Positions 24,950 to 35,820 of a stretch of 64,000 nucleotides of DNA are shown one piece after another. The stretch is from Squalus acanthias (lineage: Eukaryota), in NCBI GenBank assembly GCA_030390025.1, contig CM059432.1, positions 79,982,001 to 80,046,000 on the forward strand, read 5' to 3'. A program made the translations under genes and the position numbers. Under the pieces are notes generated by a model. The model had not been told where the DNA came from. It made no database searches and worked only from the letters and a program-made list of their open reading frames with translations. Every line of letters starts with the position of its first letter. The first letter of the stretch is position 1.

Positions 24950-25900
24950 AACTATAGCATGAAATAACTGCCAACAGTCATCGTGGTGGTGGAGTGCAAG
25001 GAGAAGAGAAAAAAGGGCCACCTAGGGTTACCACTCCGTTTCCTGGTAAATCCTCCTCTTTTTCCCTCAAGATCTTCTGACTCAGAGTTGATGAAATTTC
25101 ACCTTCTATTCACTTCTAATAGAGGTCATATAAGCATGATACAAAAGCTCCCACTGTCTAGCTCTTCAGCGATGCCACAGATAGCAGGAATTACAATGGC
25201 AACAACTTCTACCTCATTATAATTTACAAACTCTAGACAGTAGCAATTTACCATTAACTGCTTTTATCGACAAGAGAGCCTTCTATATCTCCATGTTCAA
25301 GATTTGATCCCTCTCTCTTTAAGGTTGTTAATTGGTAATAAATTTGCCTTCAATTTTACCAACATACAACTTTGTGTTTTGGAAGCACATATCAGGAATT
25401 GAAGCATGTGCTTCCCACAATTATCCATCCAATAAAAGTAATGGGTGAAACATCAAGGAGCAGGGTATGCCTGAGTTCCTCATTTGCCCTCCCAAAGCAC
25501 CAAGTTGTGCGGTAGGGGCACTGAAGCCAGAAATTTACCTGAATCTTACCAGACTAATTCACAACTGCTGTGGTTTTCACGATGAATTAATTTAGAATAG
25601 CATCAAGTGAAGGCAGTTACTTCATTTTCTCCAAAGGCACTACACACATTGGACGGACTCTTAATTATAGGTAAAGATGGTAAATTATTCATATTAAGAA
25701 GAAGAATGTATATTTCATGGAATTTATTAGTGGCCTAGATGTTTTAAATTTATGAATATCTTTCTGCTTCATTGTGATAAATAGCTGAAAAAATATCTGG
25801 GTAGAAACTAAATATATCTGAACACCCTGAATGTACTCAAAATACCATATAGAAAGTGTTGGCTCCATTGCCACATATTACTTCATTCTCTTCCATAACT
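24950..25900 (-). mobile_element. Highly decayed DIRS-like retrotransposon RT region
   Basis: Frameshifted remnants in the expected order: FY-RYFF, HLGH-NKF, PLEK..LPSLDA, SGFSAP, MRNSGI, Y..WIIVGS (compare DIRS GFYSRYF / DLRxLNK / SLDLxDAY / PFGLSTAP / LRxxGI / YLDDWLI). Confidence 0.45.
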
Positions 25901-26389
25901 GAATGATCACTGACTCAAGGGGCTCTGATCTTAATATCTTACAAAACTCAGAGGCAAAATTATGATAGACCACCTACCTTCAGTATATTCTTCCTTAATC
26001 TTAAAGTTCAGCTTCCACATATGATAGGATGCAGTCCATCAATCTTAGGAAAAATCACCTGGGTATTTGCTCTTCAAGGAATTGTCTTGCGAGCATTTAC
26101 ATGATATTCTCCTGCTCTGGCTTTAATAATGACCTTAGCTCTTTGCCCAGAAAAGGCAGGATTAAGATCCTGAAAACAGCAGAGCATTTAAAGCCAAAAA
26201 TAACAGGAAAATGCTCCAAGTCACATCTGGTCATATAAGGGAGTATCGTGCAGCCTGAAACGCAGAACGAATTTTGTATGCAAAGGTTCTGCTTCAAAAA
26301 ATGAGGATCATGAGGAATACCAAAGTAGTGAAAGGATTCCTGGTGGTGTTTCTGAAGACTTGTATCTTCAGAGCAGCTTGCAGCAAACC

Positions 26390-27400
26390 ATTCATCACCC
26401 CAAGCAATAAGGACAAGACATTACAGCTTAGGAAAAGCATGTCTGTTCTCTATGTTGTTGCCTTGAAAATAGCCTCAAGTAGAATATGTTGGTCCAAGAA
26501 ATGGCCACTGCAACACGAGAGTGAGCTCTAACTTTCGATAAAGCCTCTTTATCCAATATCCATATGTGCTTGTACTAAAATAAGTGGTGCATTCTTTCAC
26601 TGGCAGAAATTAGAGGTAGTGAGTAGAAATTCCACACTGCGATTTTCTGATGCAGGTGAAATTCAGAAACAATATTAGGCAGGCAAACTGCCATATTTAC
26701 AAGCCAAGTGAGATAAGCTGGATCCACCATCAGCACAAGCTGCTCACTAACAACCCATATTGAGGGAAAGGCAAGTAAGGTACCAGACTTGAGGGAGAGA
26801 AACTTAAGATTGCCCAAGGATTCTAAGCCATTTGATATCAACTTGTTCATGACCAAATCCAGAATCAGAATAGGGCACGAGAGTTTGCATTTTCCAAGTG
26901 TCTCATAAATCAAGACACAATGCATACTCCTTTAGTGTACTCACGATCAGAAGCAGCTGATCGTAAAAATGGGTGTGACGTAGCTTCGCAGTGGGTTTGG
27001 AGAGAGAGTCCCAAATCTAGCAACATCTTTAAGCTTGATCTGATTGTTTGATGGCTACTGCTCGTTGAAATGTGAACTTGACCTTATCTTTATCTTCCAA
27101 GAAACTGCAACGCAAGACGGAAAGCTCCATCAGTCCCTTCTACAGACTGGGCAAAAAAAAGAGCACCTTCCCTCAATAGCCACACTAGCTTTATTATTGA
27201 GGGCCTCTTCAGCAAATCTTGGAATCATTTTGCTGGTTGCCCAATACTGTCCACTCTGGTGGACTACCTGCTATTACCAGAAATCTACTTGATTCCTGGC
27301 AATAGCAGATGAGAACCAAATTGATTTGGGTGCGCAGTCCGTACGAAAGCTTGATTCAAGCAGCCTTGGAGTAGGTCATGTGCATTTGGACTTTTACTCT
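26390..27400 (-). mobile_element. Decayed DIRS-like retrotransposon tyrosine recombinase region
   Basis: ORF 26575..26925 reads LDLVMNKL...LKFLSLKSGTLLA...VSE...LPNIVSEFHLHQKI...ERMHHL; then, with frameshifts, STSTYGYWIK, KVRAHSRVAVAISW and LEAIFKATT*. These parallel DIRS YR motifs (WDLNLVL, LSLKTAFLLA..RVSEL, PKVVSxFHLNQ, RAHSTR..SWA, ICKAATW). Confidence 0.72.
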
Positions 27401-27450
27401 AAAGAAAGTTACTTTTGACAACTTAGAACAACTAGAACTTTCCACTACTA

Positions 27451-29416
27451 GAACATTGGGAACAGTTTAAGATAAAGCAAAGGAGGACAAAGGGCGTAAT
27501 CAAGAGGGGCAAAATAGCTTACGAAAGCAAGCTGGCGGAAAATATAAAAACTAACTCCAAAAGCTTTTATAAGTATATCAAGAGGAAAAGACTGGTGAAA
27601 ACCAAAGTTGGCCCATTGCAGTCAGATACGGGGGAATATATAACGGGAAATAAAGAAATGGCAGACCAACTAAATGCATACTTTGGGTCAGTCTTTACGA
27701 AGGAAGACACAAAAAACCTCCCTGGGATATCGGGAAAAATAGGGACATTTGCAAAGGAGGAACTGACGCAAGTCAATATCTCTAAGGATATGGTGTTAAG
27801 GAAGCTAAAGGGATTGAAGGCGGACAAATCCCCAGGGCCTGATAACATGCATCCTAGGGTGCTGAAGGAGGTGGCCCTAGAGATAGCGGATGCACTAAGT
27901 ATGATTTTTCAGAATTCATTAGACTCGGGAACAGTGCCCATGGATTGGAGGGTAGCTAACGTTACCCCACTATTCAAAAAGGGGGGTAGGGAAAAAGCAG
28001 GTAATTACAGACCTGTAAGCCTTACATCAGTTGTGGGCAAAATGCTGGAGTCCATCATTAAGGATGAAATAGCGGAGCACTTAGCAAATGGGGACAGGAT
28101 AGGACAGAGTCAACATGGATTTACAAAGGGTAAATCGTGCTTGACTAATCTATTGGAATTTTTTGAGGGAGTAACTGGTAAAATAGATGGGGGAGAGCCA
28201 GTAGATGTGGTGTACCTGGACTTCCAAAAGGCCTTCGATAAGGTCCCACATAAAAGATTAGCAGGGAAAATTGAAGCTCATGGGATAAAGGGGAAAGTAT
28301 TGACGTGGATAGAGAACTGGCTGTCAGATAGAAAACAGAGAGTTGGAATAAACGGCTCATTTTCTGAATGGCAGGCAGTAACAAGTGGGGTACCACAGGG
28401 ATCTGTCCTGGGTCCCCAGCTGTTCACAATTTACATTAATGACCTGGATCAGGGAGTCGGATGCAGCATTTCCAAATTTGCAGACGACACTAAACTAGGA
28501 GGGGGGGTGGGCTCAGAGGAGGAGACCAGGAAGCTCCAGAGCGATTTGGACAGACTGGGTGATTGGGCGGATAAATGGCAGATGCACTATAATGTGGACA
28601 AGTGCGAAGTTATCCACCTTGGGTGCAGGAACGGGAGGGCAAATTATTATTTAAATGGCAATAAATTGGGAGAGGGGGAAGTACAGAGAGACCTGGGTGT
28701 TCTTGTACACCAGTCACTGAAGGCGAGCATGCAGGTGCAACAGGCGATCAAGAAGGCAAACGGTATGCTGGCCTTCATAGCAAAAGGGTTGGAATACAGG
28801 AACAGGGATACCTTGCTGCAGCTGTACAGGGCACTGGTGAGACCACACCTCGAGTACTGTGTACAGTTTTGGTCGCCTCATCTGAGGAAAGATGTTCTTG
28901 CCATGGAGGGGGTGCAGCGGCGATTCACCAGGCTGATACCAGGAATGGCGGGATTGACCTATGAGGAGAGACTATGTAGTTTAGGGATGTACACACTGGA
29001 GTTTAGAAGATTGAGAGGGGACCTCATAGAAGTGTATAAAATTCTGACAGGTCTAGACAGACTAGATGCAGAAGGAATGTTTCCCTTGGCGGGTGAGAAC
29101 AGAACTAGAGGACATAATTTAAGGATAAGGGCTAAACCATTTAGGACAGAAATGAGGGGGAATTTCTTCACTCAGAGGGTGGTGAACCTGTGGAACTCAT
29201 TGCCACAGAGGGCAGTGTACGCCAGCTCATTAAATATATTTAAGAGGGAATTAGATATATTTCTACAGGCAAAAGGGGTTAAGGGTTACGGAGAGAAGGC
29301 GGGGACGGGATACTGAATTGGAGGATCAGCCATGATCTCATTAAATGGCGGAGCAGGCTCGAAGGGCCGGATGGCCTACTCCTGCTCCTATCTTCTATGT
29401 ATCTATGTATCTATGT
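27451..29416 (+). mobile_element. Young 5'-truncated CR1 LINE with an intact ORF2 RT domain and C-terminus
   Basis: Frame open 27451..29316 (621 codons) with [28 protein letters not shown] and FADDTK; (tatctatg)n tail; 21-bp TSD aactagaactttccactacta at 27430-27450 and 29417-29437. Confidence 0.96.
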
Positions 29417-29437
29417 AACTAGAACTTTCCACTACTA

Positions 29438-31460
29438 CAACAACAACTTGTATTTATATAGTGCCTTTAACACAGTAAAACGTCCCAAGGCGCTTCACAG
29501 GAGCGTTCGAAAAGAAACTTTGATACTGAGCCACATAAGGAGAAATTAGGGCAGATGACCAAAACCTTGGTCAAAGAGGTAGGTTTTAAGGGGCGTCTTA
29601 AAGGAGGAAACAGAGGTACAGAGGCGGAGAGCTTTAGGCAGGGAATTCCAGAAGTTAGGGCCTTGGCAGCTGAAGGCACAACCACCAATGGTTGAGCGAT
29701 TAAAATCAGGGATGCTGAAGAGGCCAGAATTAAAGGAGCGCAGATATCTCGGAGGGCTGTGGACTGGAGGAGATTAGAGATAGGGAGGAGCGAGGCCATG
29801 GAGGGATTTGAAAACAAGGATGAGAATTATAAAATCGAGGCTTTGCTTAACTGGGAGCCAATGTAGGTCAATGAGGACAGGGGTGATGGGTGAACTGGAC
29901 TTGGTGCGAGTTAGGACACGGGCAGCAGAGTTTTGGATGACCACAAGTTTACGTAGGGTACAATGCGGGAGGCCATCCAGGAGTGCATTGGAAGTGTCAA
30001 GTCTAGAGGCAACAAAGGCATAGATGAGGGTTTCAGCAGACGATCCGCTGAAGCAGGGGCGGAGTCGGGCAACGTTACAGAGGTGGAAATATGCGGTCTT
30101 AGTTATAGCATGGATATGTGGTCAGAAGCTCATTTCAAGGTCAAATATGACACTAAGGTTGCGAACAGTATGGTTCAGCCTCAAATAAATGCTAGGGAGA
30201 GGAATGGAGTCGGTGGCTAGGGAACGGAGTTTGTGACGGGAACCGAAGACAATGATAAGAACATAAGAGTTAGGAGTAGGAGTAGGCCATACGGCCCCGC
30301 CAGCCTACTCTGCCATTCAATAAGATCATGGCTGATCTTCAACCTCAACTCCACTTTCCCGCCCGAATTTATATGCCTTGATTCCCCTAAAATCCAAAAA
30401 TCTATATCTCAGCCTTGAGTATACTCAATGATTCAGCATCCACAACCCTTTGGGGTAGAGATTTCCAAAGATTCACAACCCTCTGAGTGAAGAAATTCCT
30501 CATCTCAGTCTTAAATGGCCGATCCCTTATCCTGAGACTATGCCCCCTCGTTCTAGACTCTCCAGTTAGGAGAAACCGCCTCTCAGCATCTACCCTGTCA
30601 AGCCCCCTCAGAATCTATATGTTTCAATGAGATCACCTCTCAATCTTCTAAACTCCAGAGAGTTTAGGCCCAATCTACTCAACCCTCTCATTCCAGGGAT
30701 CAATCTAGTGAAACTTCGTTGCACAGCCTCCAAGGCAAGTATATCCTTCCTCAGATAAGGAGACCAAAACTGTGAACAGTACTCCAGGTGTGGTCGCACC
30801 AAAGCCCTGAACAACTGCACCAAGACTTCCTTACTATTGTACTCCAATCCCCTTGCAATAAAGGCCAACATGCCATTTGCCTTCCTAATTGCTTGCTGTA
30901 CCTGCATGCTAACTTTCTGTGTTGCCTGTACGAGGACACCAAAATCTCTCTGAACACCAACATTTAATGGCTTCTCACCATTTAAAAATTATTTTGTTTT
31001 TCTATTCTTCCTACCAGAGTGAATAACCTCACATTTCCCCACACTGTACTCCATCTGCCACCTTATTGCCCACTCATTTAACCTGTCTGTATCCCTTTGC
31101 AGACTCTTTGTGTCCTCCTCACAGCTTACTTGCCCACCTAGCTTTGTATCGCCTGCAAACTTGGATACATTGCACTCGGTCCCTTCACCTAAGTCATTAA
31201 TATGAATTATAAATAGCTGAGGCCCCAGCACGGATTCTTGCAGCACCCTACTAGTTACAGCCTGCCAACCTGAAAATGATCCATTTATCCCTACTCTCTG
31301 TTTTCTGTCCGTTAACCAATCCTCTATCCATGCTAATATATTACCCCCAACCCCATGAGCCCTATGGCTTCGGTCTTCACAATATTTAGTTGGAGGAAAT
31401 TTCTGCTCATCCAGTACTGGATGTCAGACAAGCAGTCTAACAATTTAGAGATAGTGGAGT
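29438..31460 (-). mobile_element. L2-type LINE 3' portion, interrupted by a CR1
   Basis: caacaacttgtatttatatag tail; similar to 52972-54419; resumes at about 31367 (atggcttcggtctt). Confidence 0.85.
30256..31366 (-). mobile_element. CR1-type LINE 3' portion nested in an L2
   Basis: ORFs 30608..30907 and 30989..31246 encode CR1 RT C-terminal segments; taagaacataaga tail at the left end. Confidence 0.9.
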
Positions 31461-31464
31461 CTGA

Positions 31465-32480
31465 CATTTAGACTTCATTTGGACCTGGAAAACAACAGGT
31501 TTGTCACCAAATGGCTTTGAAAACATGAACCATTTGGAGCACATAATACACCCTATCTGGCCTAGGAACCACTGCAGCTGCATGGAATAGACCTTCTCAG
31601 ATGATCCTCACTGTGGTTCCTATTAGGGAAGAAAGATGAAACCTTGTAAAGATGTGGCTCGCAGAAACAGCTACACAGTACAGTGCCTTTGCTTGTTGCA
31701 GGGTGCAACTGAAGCACACCCCCTAATTGTGAGTCAGTTCAGGTGTTGAATTGAATGGGTATGTAATGAATCAGTGCCTTTTTAGCCAAGTGCTATTGCT
31801 GAGTTTTAGGGTGAGTCCTTGAAGGGAAGCCCAATCCTCACCTCATGGTCCGAAAAGATGTAATAATCCAGGTCAGTGGTGTTGAAATAACTGTGTACTT
31901 TGGACAATTAGGCAAGGGTCTCTTTTGTCTTGATGACAACAAGGCCCCATGCTGCTGATAGAGAGGGGACCATTGTCTGTTCAACAAAGCTATGGTGGGA
32001 CAGGCTTGCACGAGCTGAAGATGCAATAGTACTGGGGGCAGTCCTTGGTTAACATTGATGCTCTTTGCTTTCCAAAAGGCATGCTGATGCTGATGCTGCA
32101 ACCACTTCTAGCTGGAGTTCAATGTCAGAATTAACTTGGTCAGTACCTACTTCTACAACCAAAGGGACAAGCAATTGCCCAAGTCTTGGTCAGTAACCAG
32201 TCACAAGCTGTCTTGGTTGAATCCATAATTGGAGCCAAAACCCAAAAGGTACAACTGACTAATAACCAATGCTGGAGAAGGTTGTACATAACAACTAGGA
32301 CAGTGATGCATTCTTCTAGCTGCATAATCCAATGTGGAACACTGCTCAACCAGTGACTTGTTAAAATAGTCATCTTGTAACCACTCCCTGCCCACAGTTA
32401 ACTTTCCAGCACACTGGCTAGAACCAGAGATGTCTCTGCATCAAGAGCATGCCTTTTTTTGACATTCTGGTCGGCAGTAT
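31465..32480 (-). mobile_element. Probable decayed DIRS-like ORF1 / RT-start region
   Basis: Remnants DYAARRM..VVM..QHWL and KVSSFFPN..VRII*EG-YSMQ; collinear upstream of the YR relic once the nested LINEs are removed. Weak similarity only. Confidence 0.35.
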
Positions 32481-32862
32481 CATCTTCCTATAAATTTGTA
32501 ACCATTAACAGAAATTGAAGAAAGAAATTAAATGCTTATTCAGATTATTCCCTTGTGTGGAAAGCTACTCTGATCTGTTGCTGACAATGGGAGCTAAGAA
32601 CTGTAGGTGCAACCTAGAGCAGGGCATCTTACTCAAGTGGAGTGGGCAAAATCATGTGCTTGCACAATGCACAATTCTCTTAAAGGAGGATACTGGTCTA
32701 CATTCTACTATATATGGAAACTGAACTAAGAAACAATACAGTTGATCGAACTTGTAGTACATATCTAAGGAAATAACAAAATAAATAATTTCCTTTCTTT
32801 AAACCAGTACTTTTCTAAATCACAAAAATGATGTACAAGAGTCTTTGAACAAATGTATTTAC

Positions 32863-33136
32863 TTTTAGCTGCTGTGGCCTGGTCAACTTCTGTTTGTTCA
32901 TTTTCTGCAGTACAAACGTCAGTCCCATTTTCTGGCTCTGTATCCTCCTGAATATGTTTGTCCACCTCATTGATATGGTCTGATTCCAATTCAGGCACTT
33001 GTGCCAGCTCAAGAACAGGCTGTTCCTCAAGTCGACTCAGTTGTGGGGATTCAGGTTCATACTGGTTTACAGTGGACTGCTGGAGATTATGCTGTTGCCG
33101 AAGTCTCTCTTTTTCCATTTGTTTTACCTCCTGCAG
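32863..33136 (-). CDS. ARFGEF1: ARFGEF1 exon 6 (274 nt, [17 protein letters not shown]...[14 protein letters not shown])
   Basis: Within ORF 32765..33154; matches BIG1 LQEAKQMEKER...EPESPQL...TEPENG...AENEQTEADQATAA; catacag acceptor, gtaaat donor, phase 0/1. Confidence 0.95.
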
Positions 33137-33179
33137 CTGTATGCACAAAGACATAGTTTAAAACTGAAAATAGAGCATA

Positions 33180-35820
33180 GTCTTCCATCGCTAAGGAACT
33201 CGGTGTTAGACAGCTTTCTAGTTCAAACATTGAGTTTTGGGAAAGATAGGCACAGATTTGGGAGACATATTCAAGGACTTGAGCGAAAAGGGAGATTGGT
33301 GATGGCGCAGGTAGTTTAAGGACACAGGGGTTGAGAATGGGTTTTTTGAAGGGCAATGGTGGTTTGAAAGAGAGGGGGACAGTACCTGAGCAGGGGAAAC
33401 CATTTACAATGTCAGCCAGGAAGGGTAGTTGGATGGTCAGCAGTTTAGTGGGAATGGGATCAAGGGAGCAGGAAGAGAGTCTCATGGATGAGAGGAGTTT
33501 GGAGAGAGCATGAGGGGAGACAGAACAGAAACCAGAGAAAGATGTGGAATCCGGAATGAGGCAGGGGGCGCCTGGGGGTAGGCTTGGCTTGGTGGGAAAG
33601 AGTTATGGGGAAGCAGCAGAGGCCACTAATGAGGTTCCCACACCTGCCACAGCACCTAAACAGCCCTAAACCGAAGTCACAAATGAGACTGCCCTCGCTG
33701 GGTTCCACTCACTATGCAATTGTAGCCAGAGCATTTCCAGCAATGACTTATTTTCCTGCCCACTGCACCATGACCTCTGCAGTCCCACAAGGATCTATCC
33801 TTGGGCCCCTATCTTCCTCTTATACCTGCTGCCCCTTGGTGACAACATCCACAAACATGAGGTCACCTTCCACATGCACACTGACAACACCCAGTTACAC
33901 CTCTCCATCACTTCTCTCAACCTCTCCACTGCCTCTGTTGTTTCAAAGTGTGGATCTCAGTCGGCTGAAGTCACGGATGTCTATGGTGGGGTGAAGGTAG
34001 GAAGGGGGCGCATAGCAGGCCAGAGTTGAAAGAACGGAGAGTTTGGGGGGTTGTAGGGCTGGAGAAAGTTAGAGATAGGGATGGGTGAGGCCATGAATGG
34101 ATTTGAACAAGGGGATGAGAATTTTAAATCTGAGGCATTGAGGGACTGGGAGCCAATATAAATCAGCGAGGACAGGGGTGATGGGTGAGCAGGACTTGGT
34201 GTCAGGCTTTGAATGAGCTGAAGTTTATGGAGGGTCCAGGATGAGAGGCCAGGCAGAACAGTATTGGCTTAATCGAGTCTGGAGGTGATAAAGGCAAGGA
34301 TGAGCATTTCAACATCAGATGGGCTGAGGCGGAGGTGGGCGATGTTAGAGAGGTGAAGAGAGGTGGTCCTTGCAATGGAGAGTTAAACATTGGGAAGACC
34401 AAAGAAATTGTTTTCAGTTCCCCCAGCACAAATTCCATAAACTCGCCCACTGTCTCAGTCGGGAACAGATTTTTCGCAGCCTCGGTGTGCTATTTGACCC
34501 TGAGCTGAGCTTCTGAGCCCATACCCTCTGTCACAAAGACCGCCTACTTCCTGGTCCAGTTATCACGTGTACACTTTAAAACATTTTTTCTGTTACAAAT
34601 ATTAACTTGGAAAGTACAAATTTCAATTATAATTAGTCTTCACATATTCGATTTGCAAGCCATTATAATTTATTACAAAAACCAAACAGGAGCGTTATTC
34701 AACAAAATTTGATACCAAACCACAATGAGATATTGGAAGATGTGACCAAAAGCTTGGTGAAAGAGGTAGGTTTTAAGTGGCTTCTTAAAAGGAGAGAGGT
34801 GTAGAGAGTTGGAGAGGTTTAGGGACGGAATTCCAGAACTTAGGGCCTCGGCAGCTGAAGGCACGGCCGCCAATGATGGAGCGCTGAAAATCAGGAATGC
34901 GCAAAAGGCCACAATTGGAGGAGGATACAATGATATGGAGGGGCGAGGCCATGGAGGGATTTGAAAACAAGGGTGAGAATTTTTAAAACGAGGCGTTGCC
35001 GGATCAGGAGCCAACGTAGGTCAGCGAGCACAGGGGCAATGGGTAAACAGGACTTGGTAGATTTAGCATACATGCAGCAGAGTTTTGGATGAGTTGAAGT
35101 TTACCGAGGGTGCAAAGTGGGAGGCCAACCAGGAAAGCATTGGGAATAGTCGAGTCCGGAAATAACAAAAGGCACAGATGAGGGTTTCAGCTGCAGATGA
35201 GCTGAGGCGGGGCAGACACGAGAGATGTTACGGAGTTGGAAGTAGGCGGTCTTGGTGATGAAGCGAATATGGGGTTGGAAGCTCATCTCAAAGTCAAATA
35301 GGACACCAAGATTGCCAACGGTTTGGTTCAGCCTCAGAGTGGCCAGGGAAAGGGATAGAGTCGGTGGCTAGGGAACAGAGTTTGTGGCGGAGACCAAAGA
35401 CAATAGCTTTGGTCTTCCTTATACTTAGTTGGAGGAAATTTATGCTCATCCAATACTGGATGTCGGACAAGCAGCATGACAAATCAGATGCAGTAGACGG
35501 GTCGAGAGAGGTGGTGGTGAGGTAGAGCTGGGCGTCATCAGCGTACATGTGGAACCTGATATTGTGTTTTCAGATGATGTCACCGAGTGGCAGCATGTAG
35601 ATGAGAAAAAGGAGAGGGCCAAGGATAGATACTTGGGGGCTCCAGAGGTAACGGTGCAGGAGTGGGAAGAGAAGTCATTGCAGGCGATTCTCTGGCTACA
35701 ACTGGATAGATAGGAATGGAACCAGATAAGGATAGTTCCACCTAGCTGGACAACGGAAGAGAGGCATTGGAGGAAGATGGTGTGGTCAACCGTGTCAAAG
35801 GTTGCAGATAGGTCGAGAAG
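33180..35820. mobile_element. L2-type LINE fragments in mixed orientation; main copy about 34680-35820 on -
   Basis: [21 protein letters not shown] and MYADDAQLY...CLSDIQYWM segments. Confidence 0.85.

Noticed and set aside
27595..29316. 573-aa ORF as a host gene or domesticated RT
   Set aside because: It is 5'-truncated CR1 ORF2 with a TSD and tail; the frame runs to the truncation point and there is no evident promoter or proper start.
32765..33154. Standalone 129-aa ORF
   Set aside because: It is exon 6 plus read-through into flanking intron; the same applies to ORFs 969..1184, 11402..11746 and 38570..38770.
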